Shown here one piece after another: positions 24,715-37,150 of a stretch of DNA of 64,000 bases. Position numbers and translations under genes: made by a program. This DNA is from Squalus acanthias (lineage: Eukaryota), in the NCBI GenBank assembly GCA_030390025.1, contig CM059431.1, forward strand, positions 111,664,001-111,728,000, read 5' to 3'. Position 1 is the stretch's first letter. Each line of letters starts with the position of its first letter. The notes under the pieces were generated by a model that was not told where the DNA came from, did no database searches, and saw only the letters and a list, made by a program, of their open reading frames with translations.

Positions 24715-26240
24715 CTCATCTAAAACTCTGCTGCCCATATCCTAACTCGCACCAAATCCCGTCCACCCATCACCCTTGTGCCCGCTTACCTAATTGGCTC
24801 CTGGTCCACCAATGTCTCAAATTTAAAATTCTCATCCATGTGTTCAAATCCCGCCATGGCCTCACCCCCCCGCCCCAGGCCCCCACACCACCACCGCATC
24901 TCTGTAACCTCCTCCAACATCAACAACAACTTGTATTATTATAGCATCTTTAACGTAGTAAAACGTCCTAAGGCACTTCACAGGAGTATTATAAGAAAAA
25001 AATTTGACACTAAAGCCACATAACGAGAAATTAGGGCAGGGAAAGAGGTAGGATTTCAGGAGCGTCTTAAAGGAGGAAAGAGAGGTAGCGAGGCGGAGAG
25101 GTTTAGGCAGGGAATTCTAGAGCTTGGGGCCTAGGCAACAGAAGGCAAGGCCACCAATGGTTGAGCGATTATAATCAGGGATGCTCAAGAGGGCAGAATT
25201 AGAGGAGCGCAGATATCTCCGGGGGGGGGTTGTGGGGCTGAAGGAGATTACAGAGATAGGGAGGGGCGAGGCCATGGAGGGATTTGAAAACAAGGATGAG
25301 AATTTTGAAATCGAGGTGCTGCTTAACCGGGAGCCAATGTAGGTCAGCAAGCACAGGGGTGATGGGTGAACGGGACTTGGTGCGAGTTAGGACACAGGCA
25401 GCCGAGTTTTGGATGACCTCAAGTTTACGTAGGATAGAATGTGGGAGGCCAGCTAGGAGTGCGTTGGAATAGTCAAGTCTAGAGGTAACAAAGGCATGGA
25501 TGAGGGTTTCAGCAGCAGAAGAGCTGAGGTGGGGTGGAGAAGGGCGATGTTACGGAGGTGGAAACAGGCGGTCTTGGTTATGCCACGGATGTGTGGTCGG
25601 AAGCTCATTTCAGGGTCAAATATGACACCAAGGTTGCGAACAGTGTGGTTCAGCCTCAGCCAGATGCTAGGGAGAGGGATGGAGTCAGTAGCTAGGGAAT
25701 GGAGTTTGTGGCGGGAACCAAAAACAATGGCTTCGGTCTTCTCAACCTTTAATTGGGAGAAAATTTCTGCTCATCCAGAACTGGATGTCAAGACCGTGGA
25801 GGGGTCGAGAGAAGTGGTAGTGAGGTAGAGCTGGGTGTCATCAGCGTACATGTGGAAACTGACGCTGTGTTTTCGGATGATGTCGCCAAGGGACAGCATG
25901 TAGATGAGAAATAGAAGGGGGCCAAGGATAGATCCAGCCCTACAGCTCTCCGAGAATTATACGTTCCTCCAATTCTGGACTCTTGAGCATCCACGACTTC
26001 CTTTGCCCCACCATTGGCGGCCGTGCCTTCAGCTGTCTCAGTCCTAAACTCTGGAATTCCCTCCCTAAAATGTCTCTCCACCTCTCTTCTCTTTTAAATC
26101 ACTCCTTAAAACCTACCTCTTTGATCAAGCTTTTGGTCACCTGTCCTCATGGCTTTTCCTTTGGCTCCTGTGAAACGCCGTGGGACATTTTATTACGTTA
26201 AAGGCACAATATAAATGCAAGTTATTGATGTTGTTGTTGA
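24715..26240. mobile_element. L2 inserted into L2 in opposite orientation
   Basis: Plus L2 (24715-24915) is broken by a minus L2 (about 24916-25932) and resumes at TCCAGCCCTACAG through to its (GTT)n tail. Confidence 0.85.
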
Positions 26241-27669
26241 ATGCTAGATGGTCCCCTGATGGGCCTACACACAATCTTACATTGCACTTCTCTTATATTG
26301 GCTTGTTATTCTTTGACAGGACTATTCTAGAGGGTCTGGAAATAAACGCAGTTACAGTCCTCACCACTTATAGCAGGTTCGTTTGTGCGAACGCGATTTG
26401 CCAGGTGTACACGATGGCCGGTATAACGTTTGACAGACTGTATGGCAGGTGAGCACGACCTTTAATAAGATTTGCAGAACATGATATAAATCAACAAAGG
26501 CGTTTCTCTCAATCTCTGATCTCTCTCTGACTGACCTTACCCACTAGGGTGCGACCTGTTCGTCGGGGTTGGCATAATTTTCGGAAGAAACCTTTTAACT
26601 TTTCTTGGAGAACATCAGGGAAAAAAACAGCTTTCTTGTTTATCTTGCTAAGCCCAGCCTATGTGATCGAGGATTCCTTCCCATTCAGGATATTTATGGT
26701 TTTTGGATTAGCTTGTACTGATTATATCGCTATTGGGAACAGCAGTGTTGCACACACTGGGGAAGATTGCTTTGCTGATACAACTTCTTAAATTAATATT
26801 ACTGCTACTATATTGAAATGGTCATTTTATTTTAACATTCAGAGGTAAGCACAGCTGTTTCTGCCCAAAATAAGCTTAAGACACGATAACAGGCAACTTT
26901 CAAATTGACGTTAATGCAAATGGATAATGGTGGTCGCTTTTTGGGCGATATAAACGACTGCCCGTTTTAAACATGGACGTTTTTTAAGTGGTGGGGACTG
27001 TATTTCCATCAATACGAGTGTTTATTCGGACATAACAGGATTTATGATTATTTTATGATGAACTGTGGTCAGGATTTGCCTGTTAAAAGAGAAAGCTACA
27101 GGTGATGCTGCACTGCCCCACAATCTGCAAATTTCCTCGAATTAAAAAAAAGTCAACCTGTTCTGGTCAGTAACTCCTGAAATAGGTAATGTCTGTTACT
27201 TTTGTTTACCCCTAGCGTTAATCAGCCAGACTCCAGTCTAGTCTAGCCTGTACTCTCAGTCATGGCAACACAACTGACTAACAACTCAAAGAGGTAAACA
27301 AATGGAACAAACTGAAACAACTACCTGACAGTGGCGCAGTGGACGTTTAGAACACCATAGTCTTGTTCTGTGTAGTAACTGCATCCAGCATTAATTCTAC
27401 ATTACAACAGTGACTACACTTCAAAAAGTACTTCATTGGCTGCAAAGCACTTTGGGTCATCCTGAAATTGTGAAAGGCGCTGTATTCTTTCTTTCTCAAT
27501 GAAGGACAGTCCTTAGAGTTCTGGTAACCCCAGAAGGCAAATAAAAACAGAAAGTGGGATGTTGACAAATTTAGGTTGCATGGGAAGTATAGTAGAAGAT
27601 GTCTTTTTATAACATAGGCATTAAACTTCAATGTCTTTTCCCTCATCAGAGCAGTTGATGGTCTTGAGG

Positions 27670-28095
27670 TCTCAGCTTGTCTCAGTTGGTAGCACTCTCA
27701 CATCGAAGTCAGTAGGCTCCAGCACTAGAACACAGGCTGACATTTCAGTGCAGTATTAAGAGAGGGCTTCATTGTCAGAGGTGAAAGCCATTGAATGAGG
27801 CACTATACCAGGGTTCTGTCTGCCCTCTCAGATGGATGTAAAAGATCCCATGGCACTATTCGAAGATAAGCACAGAGTCCTGGCCAACATTCAATCCCCA
27901 GCCAACACCATCAAAAACAGGCTAACTGGGCATTCATCTCATTTATTGCTCGTGGGACCTTGCCGTGCGCAAATTGGTTGTTGTGTTGCCTACTTAATAA
28001 CAGTGACTGCACTGCGGAAATCATTTACTGACTGTGGGCACTTGAGCATGTCCAGTGAATGTGAAAAGTCTGACAAAAAGGCAAGTTCATTCTTT
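27670..28095 (+). mobile_element. Diverged SacSINE1-like DeuSINE
   Basis: CTCAGTTGGTAGCACTCTC head and GATGTAAAAGATCCCATGGCACTATT core. Confidence 0.7.
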
Positions 28096-28559
28096 TTTTC
28101 AGTTTTAAGGGGGAAATAACCAAAATGAATCGTAAGGATGATTGTTACTTGCACTCCTGGATGTGTCAGAAGTACTTTCTTAAACTGTTAGGTTTCAAAT
28201 AAATCCAATGTGCATGGCTGCTCTGTAGAGCCTTACATTCATTCAGTCCATCAAGCTGTGTTGCGACATATTCAGGTTACAGTAGCCAAGAGAATCCCCT
28301 CTGGGCCACGTCCAATTTCTATTACTGTTATCAGTGTCTCCGGTTTCATACTAATTGTGAACCATCCTTTTGTCCCTTCGATCTCCTCTAAGCTATTCAT
28401 GTTTCAGCGGAAAGTGAGAAAAGCAAAAAACAGAATTTGTAATTGGTCTAATCTCGTTACATGCAATCATGACATCAAGTCCTAGATGAGACTGAACTTT
28501 CTCGGGCTCAACGATGGCAAAACTGAAGACGTTCTGTTTTCTCTCGCCCGCACTTACAA

Positions 28560-29210
28560 TACCTCTCCTCTAGCACCAACTTCATCAACCTTCCAATCTG
28601 CTTGCTCAGGCTGAGCCAAAGGGTGCACACACGAGTTGAGCTTCCTACCGCACACCTAGTCCGAGGCCAAGACGACCTTCTTCCCTTCGCTGCTGGAATC
28701 ATCATCCAGAGCTTCATCACCGATGTTCTCCTCACCAGCCTCCATCTTTTACGATCTTCAGCCAATCGCCAACTCTCTGGCCCAAGTCCTCTCCCACGCA
28801 GAGTCCCACACACTTATCCGCTCGATTATTGGAAACTCCTTTGCTCCCTGTGCTCCAGTGAATTAACTTTGAGATCCTGCCCATGTTTTCAAATCCTTCC
28901 ATGCCCTCGAGTCATCCTCTCCAGCTATGCATCCAAGCCTGCACCTTGCTTTCCTCTGACTTAGGATTACAGCTTGCTGTCCTCTCTACTCTACCACCAG
29001 AGGCCATTCTTTCAGCCAGTAGGCCCCTGTCCTCTGAAACTCTCCCCAAATCACTTTGCCTTACCACTCTTTTAGCAAAAGCCTTTTTTTACTGTGCTTT
29101 TGGTCTGTCACCTCCCAAATTCCTTTCCTTTCTGTTTTGCGTCTTGTGCCCTTTTTAAGCACTGTGAGACATTCCTCCACATGCAGTATTTAAGTGCACA
29201 TTGTTGTATA
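28560..29210 (+). mobile_element. Very old L2 fragment
   Basis: Pyrimidine-rich and loosely colinear with the L2 3' region (TTTTCAAATCCTTCCATG, degenerate tail). Confidence 0.45.
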
Positions 29211-29333
29211 CGGAAACCTCCATTTGCACCTTGAATGCTTCATCAGCCGGTGACTTGGGCAAGGTGTGAAATGAATCGGTATTAATGAGCTGTAAATCAA
29301 TAGGGACTAGATTAGTGTCAAGTGAAACTGTTT

Positions 29334-29782
29334 GGACAGTAACACGGTGGCATAGTGGTTAGCACTGGTGCCTCACAGCGCCAGGGACCCGGGTTCGAAT
29401 CTGGCCTCGGGTGACTATCTGTGTGGAGTTTACACATTCTCCCCGTGTCTGCGTGGGTTTCCTCCGGGTGCTCCGGTTTCCTCCCACAGTCCAAAAATGT
29501 GCGGGTTAGGTTGATTTGGCTATGATAAATTGACCCTTAGTGTTAGGGGGGGATTAAATATGTGGGGTTACGGGGATAGGATGGGATATGTTAGGGGGAA
29601 TTAAATATGTGGGGTTACGGGGATAGGGTGGGATATGTGTCGGTGCAGGCTCGATGGGGATTCTGTGTGAGAAAGCAGGGACAGGGTACTGGATTTGGAT
29701 GATCAGCCATGATCGTATTGAATGGTGGAGCAGGCTCGATGGGCCGAATGGCCTACTCCTGCTCCTAGTTTCTATCATTCTA
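29334..29782 (+). mobile_element. HE1-type V-SINE, long subfamily
   Basis: Same head and V-domain as 11317, plus an internal tandem duplication and an extra CR1 tail. Confidence 0.85.
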
Positions 29783-30378
29783 TGACTCAGAACACATGGT
29801 TTTTGAACACCAAGAAGCAGTTCCAATGCAATTATATCTCCAAGAACTGTTTGCGGAAGAGAAACATGGAGAAAGGGCAATGGAATAGAAATTCTGCAGT
29901 GGGGTGAAAATCATGGCACTTTCCGCAGCTGTGGAATCCTGCAGGACTAGGGACCTGCGCCACAATCTCGTGACTGTGATCAGAAAACTTCCCCTGAATT
30001 GGCAATCTCACTAATAGAGGCCACAGTATAGCTAGTGTGAGAATTGGAAAAAATAGCACACAGGTGCACATAGTTGGAGCTTGACTCTGCATCTAACTGC
30101 TATAGGAGTGCTTGATACTGACACTGGGAGCACTGGGTGTTCCACTCCCTAATACTAACATCACTCAAATTGTTAAGTACACAAATGAGTCACAACATAA
30201 TAAAAAGACTGCCTATTTGATTTCACTTTATATGGCATATTACATTCCAGAAATATGAACATCTATTCTGACAAGCTTGTTGCAAGACTGTGCCAGCTTT
30301 GCTGGGCCAAACATGCCAGCATTTTATGATTCAATAGTAAAGTTCTGATTTAACCTCAATTCCATTTTATCGCAAATG

Positions 30379-31960
30379 CAAAAACAAAATACTGCAGATG
30401 CTGGAAATCTGAAATAAAAACAGAAAATGCTGGAAATACTCAGCAGGTCAGGGAGCATCTGTAGAGAGAGGAACGGAGTTAACGGCCGCAATTTTATCAA
30501 TGGAGGCGGGTTGGGTGCGGATCAGGTGGTTTACGGCTTCCAGTCCCGCCCCCAGCTGCATCCGGCCCACAGATGTGATTTTACGTTGATTGACCTTGTT
30601 AAGCCCGCCCTGCGGGCTTGCCAGCCAATTAAGAGGAAGCCGATCAGATAGAAACATAGAAAAATAGGAGCAGGAGTAGGCCATTCGGCCCTTCGAGCCT
30701 GCTCCGCCATTCAATATGATCATGGCTGATCCTCTATCTCAATACCGTATTCCCGCTCACTCCCCATACCCCTTGATGCCTTTTGTGTCTAGAAATCTAT
30801 CTATCTCCTTCTTAAATATATTCAGTGACTTGGCCTCCACAGCCTTACATTTGATGACGCGTCATCTGCCGGTTTTCTTAAAGGGACCACGCACAATATT
30901 TTTTAGACAGTTAATTTCTCAGTGTTTGACAGCATTGAGGTGCTGCAAACACTGACAATCACTGCACAAAGGTGAGCTCTTGCACCCAGGCTCTCCAATG
31001 ACTCCCTCCATAGGCTGGAATAGATGGCAGCTGCAGGTGAGGTGACAGAAGCGATCTGTCACAGGTGAGAGAGGTTCTCCCAATGAGGTGGCACTGGACA
31101 TGGATTTCAAAACTTGTAACCTAAAGAAATGTGTAAGTGTATTAAAAATGCATTTCCCAACATTTTCTTACCTCTGAGACTCACCATGTGCAACATTGGA
31201 TCCTTCACACCACTTCTGCAGCTGTCATCAATCCAGAAACATTACAGCAGACTCACAACACACCACACTTACCTGGCGTGGTGTCCGGACGTTGGGAAAC
31301 CCGAGGCAGAAGTGGCAAAATTCAAAAATAGCCTGTCAACTACTAGCAACTACCTGATAATAGGCAGGTAATTGCCTTTAATCCTCTTCCCGCCGCTAGG
31401 TGTCGGGTCCATGCGCAAATCAGGGACCCGACACTTGGGAAAATTGTTTGGAGGCAGGTAGACGGCGGGATCGCAACCCGCCATCAATCAAAACGATTTT
31501 ATCCTTTGACCCGCCTCCAAACCCGCCCTCTGAGCGCCAGCAAAATCCAGCCCAACGTTTCAGGTCGATGACCCTTCGTCAGAACTGGAAAAAGTTAGAG
31601 ATGTAACAGATTTTTAAGCAAGTGCAGGGGCAGGGAAAGGGAGGATGGGAGGAAAGGACAAAAAGGAAGGTCTGTGATAGGATGGAAGGCAGGAGAGATT
31701 AAAAGACAAAAGGGATGATGGTGCAAGGCAAAGGGGGATGGTAATGGGACAAGTTAAGAAACAAAAGATGACTCTAGATGAGGTGTAAATGGCAATGGCA
31801 GAATCATCAACAGCTGCCATGTGAGAGAAAAATAAAGAAAAGAGAAAAAAAAAATAGGGGCCGAGGTTATGATCTGAAATTGTTGAACTCGATGTTGAGT
31901 CCAGAAGGCTGTAAAGTGTCTAATCGAAATATGAGGTGCTGTTCCTCGCGCTTACGTTGA
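30379..31960 (-). mobile_element. Penelope-like element 3' part, interrupted by a family C element
   Basis: Colinear with 10190-11905. Hammerhead core at 31554-31586 on the minus strand (CTGACGAAGGGTCATCGACCTGAAACGTT). Confidence 0.85.
30484..31553 (+). mobile_element. Harbinger-type non-autonomous family C, copy 1, with a CR1 tail nested at about 30647-30845
   Basis: Ends GGCCGCAATTTT / AAAATCCAGCCC, TSD AAC/AAC. Reverse-complement similarity to 46946-47824. Confidence 0.85.
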
Positions 31961-33098
31961 GCGTTTTACGTTGAGCGGCCATTTTATAGCACCATTTTTA
32001 AATTGAGTTTTCTATTGCCTTTTTTAGATTCTTTGTAATATTGGGCAGAAGACCTGCTCTCAGGCTTTTGCCAGTGGTGTAGGGTTCTTATTTTAAACTA
32101 GTTTTAGGATTCAACAACATCCAATTTTGGATGAGCAATGAATTGCACTCTAACTGATGGCTGAGTCATCGGTCAGGGTGGTCCAGGACAATCAGGTCTG
32201 AATATAATATAGTGAAATCTTCTTGAGTGGCTATCTAACTTCTTTGTGTTCTTGTTCTCTCTCTCTCTCTCTCTCCCCACTCTTCCCATCCCAAGTGAGC
32301 CCTTTTATAGGCTGAACAAAATGAAGGAGAACGACAGGTAAAAATCAAAAGTCATGTTTGCTGATTCCTATCATAAATAAACTTCAGTGGGTTTAATATA
32401 CATATTTTAATAGGAACTGAACATTGGCATTAGCATATTCAGACCTTAATGCCGTCCCCCTCTTTCTGTCCATTTCTCTTATTCATTTTCCAATTAATTC
32501 TCCTCTATTTCACAGCTGATCTTTACCCCAATGTTATATCTAATGTCCTTTTGCTGCCTCACTTTGTACATCATCCAACATTTCTTCACCTTTTTATTGC
32601 TTTTTACAAAATATTCAGTCTATTAAAACCAGTAATTGCTTCTTGACTGTTGCCTGTTGTTTCCCCTCCCCCAAGTCAATCCTTATAAGGGCTTGCTTTT
32701 CTTTCAATTTCTAGTTCCAACAAAGGGCCTACTCTTGAAATGTTCTATTTTTATTTCAGATTTCCAGCATTTGCAATTCAATTTTAACAGTGTGTTTGGA
32801 GCTTAGCAGAAACAAGAGAGGAAAGCTCAGAGAAGCACTTACCACAGCACTTACCAAAATGGGGATGGACGAGAAATGTTTGCAAAAGAGAGAAGGGGTG
32901 GGAGAGGGATCACCTATCAGAAGAGAACATTTTTTTTTGTATCCTATCCAGGTTGCAAGAGTATTAGAACTGACTCCCTAGACAGGGGAGGAATCTTGGA
33001 CAGGCTTGAGTTGATACCGAGTTGAGAAAAGCAGTGTTTGGCTCAAAAGAGGAAAGCACATTTCTTGAAGTCTACTTCAGCAATTGAGGAAATGTTAA

Positions 33099-33572
33099 GG
33101 GGGAAAAATTGGGTTGATTTGCGCCTCTTGTTAGCGCCCCCGGTAGCCAGTAGCGCCCTGCGGTGCTGTGCCACCGGTGATGACATCATCACCGTGCGCA
33201 GCGTCCCTCTCGTGCCCCGGCCGCAACCTTCGGTCGCGCCCCCTGACCGACCGGCGGACGATATGTCCGACAGGGTCAGGGTGGCGTTTTTGCAGCCACG
33301 GTGGTGCTAATTAAAGGGCAGGTGTCGGGCTGCCATTTTTTTTTGGCCGACTGCCAGCACCTGCCCCCTTCCCCTTTTTTCTTCGGGGTGCCGGCTGCAA
33401 TCGCTCAGCCCGGCAGCCTTCTCGAGTGCCGGGCTGTTTTCCCGGCACCCCGCTCCCCGGTGGTCCAGCAGGGCCCTGGGGCACGCAGCGCTAGGTCCCT
33501 CCCCTTTAATCAGGGGAGGGATGCCCGCAATGCGCTACGTGCAACAAGGGGGCGCCACCAAATTTCTCCCCC
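33099..33572 (+). mobile_element. Harbinger-type MITE family A, internally deleted copy 3
   Basis: TIR GGGGGAAAAATT / AATTTCTCCCCC, TSD TAA/TAA. Confidence 0.9.
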
Positions 33573-34247
33573 TAAGAGTTTCATATGAAGTCGGAAGAAA
33601 TAGCAGCCCCTTGAACGTTGATGGATGAAGAAGGACTAAAGGTGTCGCCATCAAAGTTAGCAGCTGTTGCTTCGGCTTGCGAGATTTACCAAGAAAAATA
33701 TATTTTGGAAAAATTGAAAGAAACCAGATTTCCCGCCACTCCTTGAAGGAGATGAAGATCAAGATGCCGTGATCAGCCACTGCACTGCGAGAGGATGGAA
33801 GAGGAAGACTGTGCTTGTTGAGCGTGTGTCATCTGAGGAAGTTAATGAATGTCTGCTTGCGCATACACCATCCGGATGGAAGAGAGGTGGAAAGGAAGCT
33901 TCTCAAAAGTTACAAGAGACAACCTTGGCAAGGAACCATGAACAGCAGCTGGTGGAAAGGCTGGAAGGCAATGAAATTGCAATTAGCAGTTCCTATTGTG
34001 GATTAACAGAAATTAAGAGAATACATGGAGTTGTATCAGGATGTCTCTGACTCAACAAGCCGACAGGTCCAATAGGTAGATTTTTAGGAGACAGCAGCAG
34101 AATAGCAGCCCGACTGAAGTAAATGGGAAAGAGTGAGAAAGGGGTGAAAGGTGGGGAAAGAGAAAGCAACAAGTACTATCCCAGGCAATCCAAATTTCTA
34201 CCACAAAAAAGGTTGTCCTAAGCACTCGGGTGTAGGGAGTAGCATTA

Positions 34248-34575
34248 TAACATAAGAACATAAGAAAATAAGAAATAGGAGCAGGAGTAGGCCATTCGGC
34301 CCCTCAAACCTGCTCTGCCATTCAATAAGGTCATGGCTGATCTGACCTTGGCCTCGACTCCACTTTCCCGCCCGCGCCCCATAACCCTTGACTCCCCTGT
34401 TTTTCAAAAATCTGTCTATCTCCGCCTTTAATATATTCACTGACTTAGCCTCCACAGCTCTCTGGGGTAGAGAATTCCAAAGATTCACGACCCTCTGAGA
34501 GAAGAAATTCCTCCTCATCTCCGTTTTAAATGGGCGACCCTTTATTCTGAAACTATGCCCCCTCGTTCTAGGGTC
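34248..34575 (-). mobile_element. Young CR1 3' fragment
   Basis: RTRGHSFRIKGRPFKTEMRRNFFSQRVVNLWNSLPQRAVEA followed by the tail. Confidence 0.9.
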
Positions 34576-35388
34576 GCCCACGAGGTTGTAGATGATATGA
34601 AACTTGGCAACATAATAGTGATGAGGATAGTTGTAGACTTCAGGATGACATATGGTGAAATGAGCAGAAGCATGGCAGATGGGGTTCAATGCGGAGAAGT
34701 GTGAAGCGATGCACTCTGGGAGGAATATGGAAAGACAGCATATTATAAGTGGCACGATTTTGAAAAGTGTAGATGAGCAAAGACACCTTGCTGTCAATAT
34801 ACACGAATCCCTAAAGGTGGCACGGCAAGTTGATAAGGTGGTTAAAAAAGCATACGAGTTACTTGGGTTTCTAAGTAGAGACATGGGGGATAAATTTGTG
34901 TGTTTAGTGCCACATGTTAGCGCCACAAGATGGCGCTAACACGGCGCTCAGAGCTCTACCGCCAGCTGATGCCGGTTCCAGTGCCGCACAGCCTTATCCG
35001 TCCTGCTGGTAGTGCTGCCAGTAAACTCGATCGCCAGGGACATCGCAATCACGGAGTTCATTACGTCAGTGAGTGTGCAACGCTCACTTGACGCCCGATC
35101 TCCCAACTTCATTTTGGCCACTGAACTTACCGGCTGGAGAAAGCAACGACAGGTTGAGGTGGCGGCAGCAGCAGGGAGCCGGCTCCAGCGACGCTATTTA
35201 AAGGGATCCTCACCAATCACTCGCACCTGACAAGTTCGTGAAGTTTGAGTGGCTGTGTGCTAATTCCTGCTACTGCAATAGTTTTCCTTAGTCATTTCAA
35301 GATTCTTTAGTATCAGGGAGTGTTCTGGCAAGTACAAAACGCCCTCATTATTTTTGAAACGCTTCAAACTACAACACTTGCTAAAAGT

Positions 35389-36563
35389 CATGGGGGCTGT
35401 GCTGGCAGTCGACCTCGCCCTCCAGGATCTACGGTGGAGGGTGCGAGAAAGATGGGAACATGTGTGCAGAGGGAAGAGGAGGGCCATCAGGGCTCTCAAC
35501 AGGAGCCACCTCGGATCTTCCGAGCTCACTTCTCCTACGTTCAATTAAGCAAGGAGCAGTGTATTAGGAGGCTTCGCTTCACCAAGGAGGTGATCACAGT
35601 ACTCTGCCACCTCTTGCAACCAGACCTCCAGCCTCAGATCAGGGTGACTACAGCTCTCTCAGTGACAGTCAAGGTCACTGTCGCCCTCAATTTCTTCACC
35701 AGTGGATCCTTCCAGTCTGCAGCAGGAGACATAGCTAACATCTCACAGTTCACCATCCATCGCTGCATCTGGGAGGTCACAGAGCCTCTCTACAGTAGGA
35801 GAAGAGACTACATTGGCTTCCCCTCACCAGAGAGAAGCAGGACGAGCATGCATGTGGCTTTGCCAGGATAGCAGGCTTCCCCATGGTGCAGGGCGCGATT
35901 GACTGCACCCATGTGGCTTTGCAGGCACAGTGTAACAATCCTGGAGATCTTCCGTAACCGCAAAGGCTACCACTCATTTAATGTGCAGTTGGTGTGCGAC
36001 CACACACAGCGAATCCTCAATATGAATGCCTGCTATCCTGGCAGCAGCCACGATGCCTTCATCCTGCACCAGACAGGTGTACCAGCACTCTTTCAGCCAC
36101 CACATCAAGCTCGAGGGTGGCTGCTCGGAGACAAGGGCTATCTGCTCTGTACCTGGCTGATGACTCCCCTCCGCAACCCCAACACTCGTTCCCAGCCCTC
36201 ATATAATGAGAGCCATGCTGCCACCAGGAACATCATCGAGAAGACCATCGGCCTAATGAAGCAATGGTTTCACTGCCTTGACCGCTCGGGAGGAGCCCTC
36301 CAGTACTCGCCAGAGCGGGTGTCCCATTTTGTGGTGGTCTGCTGCATGCTCCACAACTTGGCCATCATGAGGGCGCAGCCCGTACCACCAGGGATTGTGG
36401 GACCACCTCAGGAGCAGGACTAGGGAGAGGAGGAGGGGGAGGAGGAAGTGGGCGAGGAGGAGGACGAAGAGGAGGAGGAACTGGAGGGAGGGCGGAGGCA
36501 GCGAGACAATCGGCCTTCCAGACGGGCTGTCCGTGACCAGCTCATCAGACTGCGATTCGAATG
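35389..36563 (+). pseudogene. Harbinger (HARBI1-like) DDE transposase, frameshifted
   Basis: Motifs LRFTKEVITVLC, FPMVQGAIDCTHV, FRNRKGYHSFNVQLVCD, YPGSSHDAFIL, WLLGDKGY, YNESHAATRNIIEKTIG and CCMLHNLAI, then an acidic tail, spread over different frames. Confidence 0.9.
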
Positions 36564-36899
36564 AATGAAACCCCAGATCCCCGTTGCTCACCACATCTCC
36601 ATCATACCATCCCTGTCTCACGCCATATCACAGCGTCCTCCTGGGCGCAAAGGTGAAATGAGAGAGACCACAATATAGTTCAAACGCCATTAATGAATTT
36701 ATCTATAAACATATCACATGAATTCTAATAACTAATGACCCTTGTGCCTACCATAGTTGAATAGCTGTCATTGTGTGCAAGGTGTGAGATGTGTGTGTGA
36801 GTGTTGCTAGGTAGAGATTGTTTGTGGGTGAGTGCTGGGGGTGTGGTGCATTGAGCAGTGTGTGAAGCTTGTGGTACAGTTGGTGGTATGTAGCATTTG

Positions 36900-37150
36900 T
36901 TGATGCCTTCACTCATCCTGACCACCCATGTGAGCTCGTTAAACTTCCTCCTGCACTGGGTGTGGGAGCTGGGGTCCACAGTGCTGCCTGTGACGTGGTG
37001 TGCCACCTCCCTCCACATTGCCCGGTAGACTTGTGGCAAGGGCCTCCGGCCAGTTGGTATAGGACCACCCGCCTTCTCTCCACCGCTAAAACCAAAGCTT
37101 CCTCGGAAAACCTCCGGGCTCTCTCCCTGGGGCAGCGATCTGCCATCAGC
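36900..37150 (-). pseudogene. Harbinger Myb/SANT-like DNA-binding protein relic
   Basis: RARRFSEEALVLAVERRRVVLY in one frame, then WREVAHHV...QCRRKFNELT in the next frame. Confidence 0.8.

Noticed and set aside
33576..34200. Purine-rich, coding-like stretch
   Set aside because: It may be a decayed retroelement ORF1, but I found no diagnostic motif to support a call.
34198..34926. 242-aa ORF, or a twin-primed LINE inversion
   Set aside because: It is a chimera of two different CR1 subfamilies head-to-head, and each has its own 3' tail.
35389..36563. Host HARBI1 gene
   Set aside because: It is frameshifted, flanked by TIRs, paired with a Myb relic and inserted in a CR1, so it is a transposon copy.
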